Shown piece by piece: positions 11,945 through 25,385 of a DNA stretch of 64,000 nt. The first letter of the stretch is position 1, and the number at the start of each line of letters is the position of its first letter. The translations under genes and the position numbers were made by a program. The notes under the pieces are model-generated. The model ran no database searches. It saw only the letters and a program-made list of their open reading frames with translations, and was not told the origin of the DNA. Source of the stretch: Hydrolagus affinis (taxonomy: Eukaryota); assembly GCA_012026655.1 (NCBI GenBank), contig JAAILG010000769.1, positions 1 to 64,000 on the forward strand, written 5' to 3'.

Positions 11945-12370
11945 GGGTTCCTGTTGCTCAGTGGTTAGAGCACTTGTCTCACAAGCAAGAGACCTGGATT
12001 TGATTCGCAGCAGGGCAAAACCTTTGGCAAGTTTTATTACTCCACATGCCTGATAATAATCCTTCAAGAAAAAAAATAATAAATTGGTCATGTTTCAATC
12101 CCCGATTGTTTGTGGGACACTGCTGAGCACAATTGCCTGCCGCGTTTTGCCAACAAATATGCAGTCAATTCACTTTACAGTGTGTTCTGCAAAGCGCTTT
12201 GGGATGTCTAGAAGATATTTAAAGTGCTATATCAAGTGCAAGGATTATTATTATTATTAAACACAGTCACTATGCAGTTAAACACTGAAGTATTTTGAGG
12301 CATCTTCCTGAGGTAAAAGATGCTATAACAAATGCAAGTATTTAAAAATTATTATTATTTTAATTATTAA
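11945..12370 (+). mobile_element. tRNA-derived SINE with tandemly duplicated 3' tail
   Basis: tRNA-like head (tgctcagtggttagagcac A box; gatttgattc degenerate B box), body tgtgggacactgctg, tail aagcgctttgggatgtc..gcaaggattattattatt, and a second tail at 12260-12370. Confidence 0.85.
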
Positions 12371-13261
12371 TAAAAACCTACCTGACCTGGTAGTTCAAAT
12401 ACCTTTGGTAATTAACTCCATCTGCTCACAATTCTGTAACATAAAGAATAACTGATCCATCCATTTTCTTGAAAATGAAATTTCAAAGTTCCCAAATTGA
12501 AGATTTTGTTAAATATTTATTTGATTCCTTGCAGTTACTACAGAATGAAAAACAAGACCACACATTCTTTCCCCCACCATTCACAGTTTATAAATCTTCC
12601 ATTATGAATTACCAAGGAACTGTTTGTTTGTTTGTTTGTTTGTTTGAGCCAGTTCTGCCAAATTAAATACCTGATGAGTTCAGATTTCAGAAAGAATGAT
12701 TAATATTTTATGGCGGAGTATTAAATGGCTCCCCCCGCTTACATTGAACTATTAATTTCAAGCAATGCAAAGGTGCACAGGGTCCATCATACAGTACAAT
12801 CAATACATTTCAATGAAAGCTGAACAAACCTCCATTATGTGCACTGATGGTGATCCTGTTGTGTTGGCTGGAGATGGCGTTAAATCTTGTAGAGTTGTAG
12901 ATGTGTGGTTGTACTGTGAAACGAGCACATTGGGGACTTAGAATTGGCTCAAATACACTCGAATTGGGCAGTAATGTAGAAATAATCTGCAGCAAGCCTT
13001 TTTATACAGTTGTGTAGGTGAATCATAATGAACCAGTTTTAAGATGAGTTTGTTTCCGTGTGGGGAGAGGGGAGGGATTTAATGGCTTCACCCCCACCAC
13101 CCCCCAAAAAATAGGCTACAAAAGTAGCATTGCTTTGCCTTCATCAAAAGAAACTTGAGTATTCTGTATTTCTTTGTCTTTTTTCTGTAAGGATGGAACA
13201 TGTCTGACAGCATTAAATATTTCTTAGTAGCTCAGAAAATGTTAGTGCGCTAGTGAAATAT

Positions 13262-13325
13262 AATAATATAATAATAATAATCCTTACATTTATATAGCGC
13301 TTTCCACATCTTATCGACGTCTCAA
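13262..13325 (-). mobile_element. SINE tail fragment
   Basis: (aat)n-ccttacatttatatagcgc.. is the reverse complement of the SINE tail. Confidence 0.7.
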
Positions 13326-15529
13326 GGATTTTAATACCTACCTGACCTGCTAGTTCAGTATAATATAGTGCTTGACTGCTCTTACTGTTTGTTTGCTGTA
13401 GTTGTGATGCACTCGTTAGATCTGAAAATAAAAAATTTAAAACAGCATTTGGAACATCAAAATTATCAAAAATTTATTTCAGTTCTGAGCTTTTGTAATG
13501 ATGAATTCCCTAAAGAATTCTGACCATTCACCCTTCATGGTTTTCGAATAGAGACATGAATTGGTTATTTTACTGTGCCCTGTTCTATTCATTTAATCAA
13601 TCAGTTCAGTTATAGAAATAAAAAAACGAACCTTTTTTTTTACAGAAATATCAAACAGAAAGCAATGTCTTGCAGTAATCTAATTTTCCAGTAATGTGGG
13701 TCCTTGGCACACCCAAGCTTTGGCTTCGTGCTTAATCATATGCTGGGTTCATGTCACAGAGTAGGAATTAAGCAAATAAGGTAATAGGCTCATAGTCGTA
13801 AAATAACTCAATTTGCTTCATTTCTGGTTTTGTTTTCCTCCCATAATTTTATGCGTTTGTTTATTCAGCCTTGAAATCAGACTTGTTTCCTCCTCCCTGC
13901 CATGGGTGCACACAGAGTAAATGATTAAAGGCACGAGAAACATATTGCAAACCAATACAATGTGTTCCATTACCCAACAAAAGAAATAAGAAAACTGCAC
14001 ACACCATTGACAAATTTTTGGTTTAATAACCATCAAGGATTGGCAATATATAAATCTTATAGTACAGAATTTTTCCAAAACACTTTATTATAAATCTATC
14101 TTAATCCACTTTTAAAAAAATATTTGCTTAATCCTGAAAATCAATGTGAAGGGTAAGTTTTATATAATGATTTTTAAAAAAGCCATCCGTGTTCTTTAAC
14201 AGTATAACTTTAATGAAAGGGTGGAGGAATGGTACTGAACTCTTTAATGGAATAAAAATGAAGGGTTCAGACCTATTTTGCTGTGGTGGAACTCAACTTC
14301 AAAGTACAAAGAAATGGTTTCAGACGGAAGAGTAATTTCTGAAGTGGATTTACTGCCCATCATTAACTGCACCCTGGGCTTTCTCTCTCCAGCAGTCTGC
14401 TTCCTTTGATCTGAGAGATTAGACTAATTGCTACTGTAAGATGTGGCAGAGCACACTTTACGCCTGAACATGGAAATCTGTGTTGAAATTAAACCTGTCA
14501 AGCAGCACGATGCAACTGGAGTAGGCTCCAACTGAGGAGTGCTGCACTGGTTGGACCCTCTAATTGAGTATCATTTAAATGGTGGATGATATAAGTAGCT
14601 GACATTGTCTGAATCTCACGGATTTCCTTGGAATACAATTGCTAATTCCCGAAGGGATCATAAGAGAGCCATCAGGCAATCCAAATGTAAAATCTCAATA
14701 CTGCTGGTTCATCCTGTTTATGATGATTGCTTAGCACTTTCCTGCTGGTTTTCCGGAGGTGCTTTCATGTTTTTAAACTGGATTTGTTTTAACTGACAGG
14801 GAGTTTCAACACACTGAGGAAACTGTGATCATCCCTCTGTGTAACAATAGAAAATGAAGATTTTTTTAAATCAAATTCTGTTGGTTTCTCTCCCTTCTCC
14901 CAACACTGCAAAGGATGTTAGTGCTACTTAGAACATCCGTGTACATCTATATATTTCTGGTTTGATCCCAAATAGTAAATGAGCCGGGAAATTTAATTTG
15001 GATCGGGGAGGCTAAAGGATCAAAGACCAAATTCTTAATGGGAGATTAAATGGCCATTGACTACGTCACCTCCTGTCTGCCCATGTCTTTGTTATCCTCA
15101 AAGCAACACAGAAATATTTGGAAATTGAACTAAAAATGATTGTATTTGATATGTCTTCAACAGTAGCAGCAAAATATGCTGATTGTTTCCTGATACAACA
15201 AAAGAATTACATTTGTTTAGCGCCTTTTACGTCGGAAGGACATCCCAACACAATGAAAACAATGAGCACTGGTCACCTCTTAGTATTAACTAATGGGTTA
15301 TCCAACTTTATGCTCATTTTGCTGGTCTGTTTTGTTCACACAGCACAAAATATTGGGCCTTTATGTATACTGTACATCACAATTAATAAGTTAATGATGA
15401 TCACTTTGATTTCTTTCTTTTCGTAAGATATTACAGTATTCACCACTGTCGTAACAAGTATTGATTCGATTACTGCTGTCAGCCTGATTCAATTGGTAAC
15501 ATTCTTGCCTGGGACAGAAGGTATTGAAT

Positions 15530-15885
15530 TGATGCCTCACATCAGGACTTTGAGCTCCTAGTCCAGGACCCCTCTCTGCCATGTCAGGGGAAGCTTCCCA
15601 CTGACAGATGACAATGTCATCCTGCATTGACATCCCAAGGCCATGTTTGTCAGATGGCCATTAAAGATCCCATGACACTATCTGAAAGGTTAAAGGAGTT
15701 TCTCCCTGCATCCTGGCCAACTGCTCTCCAGTGTGAAAAAAATAATAATTCACTACATGACTGTTTGTGGGAGACATTACGAAATACAAACTGGATGCCT
15801 GATTCAAATAGTCATTCACTCAATAGAAATGTATTGAAGTGCTTTGAATGTTACGGACACTATATCAAATGTAAAGATCATTATG
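15530..15885 (+). mobile_element. Deu-domain SINE (SacSINE/AmnSINE-like)
   Basis: taaagatcccatgacactat..ggagtttctccctgcatcctggccaa Deu-like core followed by the same L2-type tail. Confidence 0.7.
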
Positions 15886-17519
15886 ATCATAGTACAGAGA
15901 GCTTTTACTTCCTTGATCTTGGCATTGTCTAAATCCCTATCTAGGAGAAACCCCACATACTACACAATTTTGCACTTTCGCTGCTGTCTTATCCCTTGTA
16001 GCGAGTCTGTAGAGCTATTACTAACTGCTGAATCCAAGGGTGGTTTTCAATGATAGACCTGTAACCACTTGGCAACTGGATTGAAACTGTCCCAACCCAT
16101 TTCAACCAAAGTAGACATTTCCATGCCATCTGCTTGTCTGGCTGTAAATTCAGGGAAAAAAGAACCACTAAAAAGACCTATTCCCACTATTGTGTAAAAT
16201 GTTCTGAACATTTTTTACAAGCACATTTACATCAAGATTGAATTCCTTGCAATGAAAGTAAAGGGGTGCTGAATTCTTCTCAATTGTTCAAGTTGAGTGA
16301 AAATAAATGGAATTGATTTGGAGCAGATGAACCCAATCTGCATGTTTTTTTCCTTGAGTCATAAGGCAGTTGTCAATTTCCACAACACATACCTGAAGTA
16401 GGTAATCAAAATTGGTCTATTCCACAGGATAGTTTCATCTACAGCAGGGAATGAATGCAGAGTTTGGAGAGAAAATGGCAATAGGATAGAAATCCAATTG
16501 AAGTAAATAGGTAATAAATGTTAAATCAAAGGGAGCATTAACTGGAGGAATTAAACTAGATTTATAATCGGGAGGAGGCGGGGGTGGGGGGGGGGGGGAA
16601 TAATTCAAATAATGCCATGCCACCCAGATATTGGACTTGAAATGTTTCAACAATTTGAAATTGTGAATTTCTAAAAACAAAAATATCAGGAGTCGAGTGG
16701 CAATGGTATTGTGACAACCCATTCACATTTATATTCCTGATAATCTTCCCTCGAAGATTGTAACTGAAACTCTGGTGACTAAGATTGCAATGCTGCAGCA
16801 TTAAACTTAGGTTCCAGTCAGAACATTAATGACTGAACAGGTCTAAAAGAAAAATTTTGGCACCCGTCAGCAGGCCTGTGTTTGATCCTTTTCATATTTG
16901 GGCTTTCTATCGGAGGTGAGTATTAAATCTATTCCTGGTTTCCTCTGTTTAAGGGTGGAAAGATCCAGCCTATGACAATTTGATCAATGTTTGTTTGTGG
17001 TTAACCTACCAAAGTTACATTCGATACAATAATAGATTCCTCCCCCATTATTTTCCTCTTCCAGAATGACCAAAATGTCAACTTTGCTGTTACGATGTGA
17101 AAGCCAAAGAGGTCAATTTAATTCACGTCATTTTATACCGGATGCACATTACAGATGCTATTTTGCACTTGTAGTCCCTTTTCACTGTGCCTCATTTGAA
17201 CTTGCGGTACTTGAATGGAATTGTTCCTCGGTTTCTAAAAGGATTTTCATAAAAGTGTACTCCACATCCACCCCGAGTCAGAAACCTGACAATGTGGTGG
17301 AGCTATGACATGAAAGTGTGGCAGACATACATTAATGTGGTTGCATCAATATTTATTGGGCTGTAGGAAAGTGTCAATTCAATTTACTCTTCAATATGCG
17401 TCTTGTGTGGAAGACTATGTGCAATGTCAGATCTACATTTTGTTTCATTCAATGTTTCTCCCTGCATCTCCTGAAAATGTTGGCTAACATTTCACAAGCA
17501 CAAAACCTCCTGTTTAGCA

Positions 17520-17830
17520 AAGTGCTGAGCTATGGCAAGGCCACCCTCGGTCACCTCACCTAAGTAGCCAAGTTATGAATGTTGGTGTGTTATTTAGCAA
17601 TGGAAGGGGAAGGGATATCTGCTGAGCAGATGAGCCCAATTGCAACATCCACAAATGCACTTTCCAGGAGGGAATGCTAAAAACTAGAAACCTGACTGAT
17701 TTCTTCCCCAGAAGCCAATAATGGTGTGTACAATTGTTACCCCAGTTGAGATTGACTAATACATCACACACTAGGTTCTATGGCTTAGTTTCACTCTCAA
17801 AAGTAGCTGTATCCACTCAGCCATCAGATG
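17520..17830 (-). mobile_element. LF-SINE-like relic
   Basis: acatccacaaatgcactttccagg..gaaacctgactgatttcttcccc resembles the reverse LF-SINE body; highly diverged. Confidence 0.5.
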
Positions 17831-20800
17831 TTTTGGGAGAATGTATGAAATGAGTAAGATGGCAATTTATCTTTGAATACAGCATTGGCTCCAAATGAAC
17901 TATCTTATTGTAATTCTATTAAAAGTAAGTTATTTAATTTCTAGTTTGGATTGAATCTTTGTTTAGCGTGTGACTGTCAGTGAGGTTTTGTCTAAATAAC
18001 TCTAAATTACCCACTGACTCACTGTTTCTCTTGTAGGAAGCTTGTTGTAGGCTCATGCAGACCGATTAATATTTCCATTGTTTGCTGGGGGATTTGTTGT
18101 CTGTCTGCCAAAGTCTTTTCTTTCAAACGTTGAATTTGAGGCATTCGAACAAAAGTTCAGCATCTATGGATACAAACGATGAATATAAATACAGGTGTTA
18201 AATGTCTGCAATAGAGGTGCATCTTGTGGAATTGTTAACAGGAACATGTAATTTAACATGAAGTAAAAGTATTCATCTCTTCCACAACAATGCAGATCTT
18301 TGAATTCAGTATCAAGGATGAGTGTTTGCCCTTCTACTCTGGATGGACTTAATGTTAAATAAATCAAATTCCAGGCCTGCATAAGTTAAAAGAGATGATA
18401 AAAATACAAAATTTCCTTTCAAATAACCTTAGTTTAAAATATCCCTTACCTTCTGAATGATAAATAGCTTTGCATAGGTGTTTCTTTTGAAGTTCAGTAC
18501 TAAGTTCCCTTTAGCACATTTTAATTTCTTGAGACGTTAGACTTGATCTTTCATATGTGCAGCAGTACTAACAGTGATTGAGATTTGTAATCCATTTCAC
18601 TAAAATTATTTATTTTCATCAGCGGTGATGTAAAATTGATACCACTGGAATGAATATTAAAATCTTAATTGGAATATACTTACCCTGCATTTCTGCCCCT
18701 GCACCAACAGTTATTGTGCTCGGGAGAAATGCTCAGACATAGTGTACGATTTGTTGGGTTATTTCCCAGGTCAAAGCCACATTTTGAAGGTTATGGGGGG
18801 TGAGAGAGAAATGAGAGAAAAACTGCTGCAAATTCATGTCAGTCAACACCTAAACTGCCAAGGAAATTTGCTTCAATTTTTTTTTATATATCCTAAAACC
18901 AATAGAGGGATAGTCATTGCAATACTGAAGTACATCAGTACAATGTCATGCCCCCAGTGTTTTGTGGATTGGCATCACTTTTACTTGTGAACAAATTAAC
19001 TATTGTCACTTACAGTTAGATCAATGTTACAAATGAGATCAATCTTTCAAAGCTTATCACTTTGACCACTTGCCAAAAGGGGGAAAGGTTGACAGTGACC
19101 ACAATGTATTTTAAGATGTTTACTCTTTAAAACAAAAATTCCAGTCTTAAATGGAATTTACCAGAAATTACTTTCTGTTATGTATCTAAGTTTAATCATG
19201 AACTTTAAGATACAGGACCAAATAGTTTAAAATTAAATTGGTGCCCTCAAGTCTCAATTTATATTGCTATTTAGGTGTTGATTAAATGCTGAACAGCAGA
19301 ATTGACTTTAGCCATGTAGGATAAATAGGGTATTAGTAACAGGTTGAATTGCAGATGAAGTTCGCAAATAGGCTATTTTTAAAGAATGATCTGATGAGGT
19401 TCAATAAATTGTCAGACCATCCATTTTGTGAGCCACGTTTTACCAACAGTGCTTTTGTATATTCTGTTGAGAAACATCCATTCGTAACACAAAAATTACT
19501 CCATTTATGCTTGGCCTCCTCAGGGTTAGAGTCATATTTTCTAAACCAAAACAATAATTTTTTTCAGGAAATACAACATTCTTGGAGTAAGCTAAGAGTG
19601 TTGTAATTCTGCCTCTTTCTTTAGGTTTTGCAAAATAACATTCATTACTGAAAGTGTACCAGACCTGCTTAATGCAACATGTTGTGATTTGAAAGCTATA
19701 GAATTTTCAGATCCTGAAGGTACAATTCACAATAAGACTGCTATGTGAAGAAATGCCTGCACTTGTTATGGCATCATGTAATGCATGTTCACGCAGGGAT
19801 TTATCAGTCTAAGCTGCAGTGCTTATAAAATCCTGATGCTGATGTTTATCTCCCAGCTATACCATCCTTGTTCATGTCTCACTTCCGCTGAGGAAAGAAG
19901 ACAACAAATCTGGAAGGGATATTTCTATAGATGTCATAATTCAGATTATACTAAAGTTGATTCTTTCCCTCTTGTTCCCTCCAATCTCAAGTGAGAGAGT
20001 CAATATTTCTCCATCTCTCTCCCTTGTTGCTTCCACAAGTGAGTTTAAGACTTTTCATCTCGGTGGGTTCAATTTCTGGCGCTGGATTAAATTCACAGCG
20101 AACATCTTATATAAAATTGAATTATCCACAATGGATACAATTGGTTTCCTTCCCTTAATGTATTAGATGAATGGAAATGTGAAGTCTTAATACGGTGGTA
20201 CTGTACTTGACAGGCTTGGCAATAGGGGAAAGTTGGGGAGAAATTCCCCCTGGGTATAAATTTACTCTGTTCAAGTAGCACTTTGGAGCATGAATAATCT
20301 AGCAAATTGTTGAATTCAGCCCTAATTCTGAAGTAAGTTCATTTAAAACACACAGAAAACTGTCTTAAAACCAAAGCCGAAATTTAAGAATTTGCCATAT
20401 TTTAATTGCTCTGAAATGCTACATAAACATAGTAAATGACTTCTCCACAGCAGTCTTATCAAGGCTGCACTTTACTTACTTTGTGAAAGCTAGTTAATAT
20501 TGGAAAAGCAGGCAATTAAAAATTTACCCTTTTCCATTTTGTTCAGTCGCATACGTTCTATTTAAGCTGTTCCATTGTTCAAGTCTGTTCCACATTCCGA
20601 TTATCTTTTCCGCCAACCTCTGTGAAAAAAAATTACTGCAGAAGTTAATATTTCACAGATCAATATCTTTCTGTACTAAGTCATATGTGCAGACATTTTT
20701 TTAGTGAAGCATGACCATCACGAGATAACATAAATTGAGGATTATTGTCAGAAAAATGTTTTTATATATACAGTAGATTAGAAGATGCTTGATACTTGCA

Positions 20801-20879
20801 CACAGATACACACACATTGTGGGTTGTCAGCATATAACATTCTGTCACAAATGACTGTTCCTAAACTCAGTTCATCATG

Positions 20880-21012
20880 CATTTGAAAGGGATTTAGTAA
20901 ATACTTGAACAGTGAATGATAGATGGTAGATATTGGAGAGCTTCGATAGCACTAGTATAGACACAAAATATTGAATGAGCTCATTCTGTGCTGTAAACTT
21001 TCTGATTCTATG
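20880..21012 (+). mobile_element. CR1 3' terminus, degraded
   Basis: gaatgagctcattctgtgctgtaaactttctgattctatga, similar to 6990-7050. Confidence 0.6.
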
Positions 21013-21669
21013 AGCAAATAGTGTTACCGCCATTTAAACATCACATTGGAAAGTCTGTTAGCCACTGACTACTGACTTATCCATAAATCAGTATTTACAA
21101 CAATACATCAGCACTGTATTTCCAATGAGTGGTCACGTTGATTGCTTTTGAAGGTATTTGTGCCTTGCATGATAGCCACATGATAACCCTTCAGGATAAA
21201 AACAACAAAACAGCCATTGTAATCTCTCCAACCAAGAAGAGCCACCTGCAGTACTTGGTCATGTGGCATAAGAGAAGGAAGTTCCCTGTGAGTCATGAAG
21301 TGCTTTAAGACACCGATGTGAAAGGTGCTAAATCTAATTCAAGGATTATTATTTTTTTCAATTCACGTTTTTAAACATCTTGAAGAGAGTGTCACTTTTA
21401 CCTCATGGCATTGCTTCAAAATTCCACCAGTAATTGCCATTAATAACCGTTTAACCCGAGGGCAGGGTATATTACGTTACAATGAACGCACCAGTAACTT
21501 TGGGGAGTTAATTGAGGTCAGTTTTTTTTATGGTTTGCTTTGCAGGCCACTTGTTTGAAATTTATTGTTTCAGATGAAAAGGTCTTGTCAAAAATATTAA
21601 AAAGTAAGGAACACCCAAGCTAAATCTTTCATTTTGCTCAGTCACATTGCGTGGCTACCCATAAGGGAA

Positions 21670-21892
21670 AAGGCTGAGTTCAAGTGCAGTGTTGGGGGGG
21701 AAGAGTTGTATTGCTGGAGGTGCAATCCTTTGGATGGGATGCTAAACTGTGGACCCAAAGACCTGTTCAGGTGGACATAAAAGATCCCCATAGCACGAAA
21801 AGCAAAGTCCTGATGTCCTGGTCAGCAATCCCCTGAATAAAATTGGTCATTCATTTCATAGCTCACTGTGGGACATTGCTGTGTGCAGGTTA
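21670..21892 (+). mobile_element. Deu-domain SINE core
   Basis: tgctggaggtgc..ctttggatgggatgctaaac..cctgttcaggtggacataaaagatccc..gtcctggtcagcaat matches the DeuSINE central domain. Confidence 0.7.
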
Positions 21893-23423
21893 GCTCAAAG
21901 GCCTTTCTGGGGTTGAATTAACCAAACCATAAAATGTTGCCATTCTCCTGTTTTGATCTATGTAGTAATTGTGTTGAGCAAACCACAATAGTTGACACCC
22001 GACATGGTTTGACAGTAGGAAGCTACCAATTTATTGCTACAGTATATTGAGATCCACACCTCAATGTTGCATTTCTTCTGCAAGTGGGTAGCGAATTACT
22101 GTGATTTCAACAGGCATTGGTAAACGGGGTATAAATGGAGCTGAGGTGGTGCGGATCTGTCTGAAGCTAGGCTCCTGAAATCACCTGGAGGTATTGGTTT
22201 CAGGTGCAGTGTGCATCCCACCAGCTGCAGTATAACTTGGTAGATGGGCATTGCAGGGGGTTAAAATTCTCCAGTCTGTTAAAATGTTTCAGGTAGTCGA
22301 TCAACTGCCCACAAACTTTCTTTTCATCCTGACATTAATGCTATCAAAGAACCAGTGATGCAACCAGAACTTCAATAACATTACTGCCCAACTTGATATT
22401 CTACAATTACAGTTAGAGTATACGAGACAATAAATTGAGCTTCTCATTCACATTGCTGTGCACACAGAAGCACAATATTGGTCAATTCTGAATGCTCAAA
22501 AATATTTTCACATCAGTGGTAAATAATGCACATAACACATCAAACAAACTTCAGAATGCTCTTGGTGGAACTTTACTGAAAATCGGTAAATGGTATGATA
22601 AGGAATTACTGAATGTCTGAATGTACAATACATCTGAAAAAGCTGATTCGATTTTACTTTGCAACTAAGCAAGGGTCCAGACTCCTCAGCCTATTGTGCT
22701 TAAACTTGCTGTACTTCACGGTGTGCAATGATATATAATGGTGACTCATTTAGAAAAGACCGAGGCAGCAGAAGGTACAGCAGATGTGCTCTCTATAGGC
22801 ACACCGTGTATGTATGTGATTCTGTTCCCAGAGACCTTTCTGCTCCTTTGGAACTGTGAGAACACTCAGGTGATGAGACTGACAGCCAAGTCAAACTGCA
22901 TGCCCTCGGGGAAGTGCTGGCTCCACATGCGCAGCCCTCCAGAGGCATTGCAAGCAAATCCGAGACACTGAGTCTGCTGCACAAATAGCAACAAGGGGCT
23001 CAGCTGCAGCCAATACCATCAAACAGTGACTGTCTGCAGCCTGGAGTCATTTACTAGGTGTGGGATTGCAGCAGACTGAAAATGGAGACTCACGGAAGTT
23101 TCAAGTATCTGTGGATTGCTGCTTTTGATCATTTTAGACCCCCTTGGTTGATCCATTCTTAGCTAATGACATTAAACTTTTTATGGTTTCAATTTCCAAC
23201 TGTGTCTTATCCCACTTCCTGCACTACATCAGACAGCTACTGGTTTCAGATAACCCCAAACTCATCGCATTGATGAACAGATTTTTTTAAAAGCACAGTA
23301 GAATTAACCTATAGTATTCCATAAAATACAGTTTACGTGGATTTTATTCTTGCTACGGCTGTGTTTCAAAGTATATGATGGTCCCAGATATCCAGAAGTG
23401 TAATAGACTTCTGGTAATAATAA

Positions 23424-23610
23424 TACAGTAGTAATAATAATAATAATCCTTGCATTTGATATAGCGCCTTATCACATCTCCTAGACGTCCTAAAGCAATT
23501 CACAGAATATACTGGCAAATTAATTGACTGTATATTTTGTGACTGACAGAAACAGTGTGACATCACTGATATAATAATAATCCTTGCATTTGACACAGCA
23601 CCTTCTCATT
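23424..23610 (-). mobile_element. Two tandem SINE tail fragments
   Basis: ataataataatccttgcatttga occurs twice (about 23440 and 23571). Confidence 0.8.
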
Positions 23611-24687
23611 TAATGTTAATTATTTGATATTAATTATTAGCACTGCAATCTTCCCTGTATTAGTCGTCATCTTTGATTATGTTGAGGCTTTTCAGACTGC
23701 AGGATCATCTGCATGAATACAAAGAATTGAAGTCAAAGTACTCAGTGGGAGCACGGAATGGCTGCGCAGCAATAAATATTCGATGACACATGTAGTTCCA
23801 TCATTAGATCCTTATGTAGATCGTCAGTAACAACAGATTTACTTCTACTTCAAGAAAAATGCGTAAGTCTTTCTCTACTCAAAATAGATTTCAGCAACAT
23901 TAAAACCAATACCTGATGAGAAAATGGTGTATTTCTTTGCTTGGTGTTATTACTTAACTTGGCTAAATGTTATAATGTTGTGGCTGAAAGCAATGAATCC
24001 CCTTTGGAAGCAATGGCATTGTTTGCAAACTCTCCCCCTGGAGATGCATATTGCAAAGGGCTTCACTCAGTGAATCTGACTGTACTTGAAAGCGGCTTCT
24101 CCGTGCATAAAATTTACTGCCTGCCTGAACTGCTTCTCATTTGCTTTTAGATTACTCCATTGCTGTTGTAAGCAAGTTTCTTTCTAGCAATAGAATACAA
24201 CAAGACCTAGGTAATCTATTAGTATTTTGTCCTGTAAATCAAGTGGGAGACTCAGCTAAGGGAGACTCTTATTACAAAAGTATTGTCATGAGGTAAGGTA
24301 TCTTTCCAGAAACGTTGTTGTGTTTGTAAACGGAGATCTGGATGATGAATCAATCATGCTCTCAACTGTCATCATATTGTCAATTGTGTCCACGGCTATA
24401 CATTTGTGAACGAGATGCATGTTGCAAAGGTTTGCCCTGCAGGTGCTCTGGAGTCCACCTTCTGACTGGATCAAGAACTATACTCCATCTCTATAACAGC
24501 ATGATCTTGTTCAAACATCTTAGACGAGGAATTAATCATACTTTCAGATGCTCAAACGCACTTTCTTTCCACGCAAAGAAAGATGAACAATTGGGTATTG
24601 CAAACATCATGAAGAAACATTCATTGACCTGCTGCAGTTTTTAAAAAAAACAATACACAAGCTCCCATTTGTCGTTCATAGGATATT

Positions 24688-24882
24688 ATGATCATCCAGA
24701 ACTCTACAGCCCATATCCTCTCCCGCACCAGGCTCCATGACTATCACTTTCATTCTTGCCCGACTCCAGTAGCTTCTCATCACACAGAGAATACAATTCA
24801 AGATCCTGATCCACACTCTCAAAACCCTCCATAGCATCTGGACATGAAAGGTGCTGTACAATTGTAATTTTGTTGTTGTTGT
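24688..24882 (+). mobile_element. L2 LINE 3' fragment with internal deletion
   Basis: atccagaactct..gcccatatcctctcccgcacc..aattcaagatcct joined directly to the tail tgaaaggtgctgtacaattgtaattttgttgttgttg; homologous to 37225-37635. Confidence 0.75.
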
Positions 24883-25249
24883 ATTAAGATTTTGTAAGGA
24901 TCAAGTAGTTGTTTGAAATTATTGTACACTTGTATCAAACATTAAGCCAGTGTGAGTCAGAAATGACGCAGAATGGTTTGCCCTTATGAACCGACTGTCA
25001 TTATCAGCTTTTCCACGTTGGTGTTCAGTAAGGTCAGTGGGCCATCATGTTTAATGGTTTGGAGTAAAGCTGCAATTTCACAATCTTTAACCAGACTACA
25101 CTGGACCTTTTTTATTTAAAAATCAATCACTCAGTTAAAATTTGAAAAAAACAGAAAAGGGATTTCAAGAAAAAATGGTTCAGGGATACAACATTCATTA
25201 ATTGTAGTTTCCTACAAAGAGGATGGATGTGAGCTAGTATATAATATAA

Positions 25250-25385
25250 TTAGCTGCACAAATTGGCTGCCATATTCACTGACAAAATACAGTCATGCAT
25301 TTTGTAGTATATTCTGTGAAGTGATTTTAGATGTCTCTATAATGTGATAAGGTGTTGGATCAAATACAAGGATTATTATTATTAA
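25250..25385 (+). mobile_element. Truncated SINE
   Basis: gcacaaattggctgcc..ttctgtgaagtg..gataaggtg..caaggattattattatt. Confidence 0.75.

Noticed and set aside
11945-12015. tRNA gene
   Set aside because: Degenerate B box, no acceptor stem, and it continues into a SINE body; it is a SINE head.
22609-22624. Tandem miR-181 seed matches (TGAATGT twice)
   Set aside because: On the strand opposite the host and not in a known 3'UTR; 7-mers recur by chance in AT-rich DNA.
23700-24360. Scattered RT-like peptides (SVGARNGCAAI, LLKIDFSN, DLDD)
   Set aside because: Different frames, spacing off and no QGDPL motif; may be chance. BLASTX against CRE/NeSL RTs would decide.
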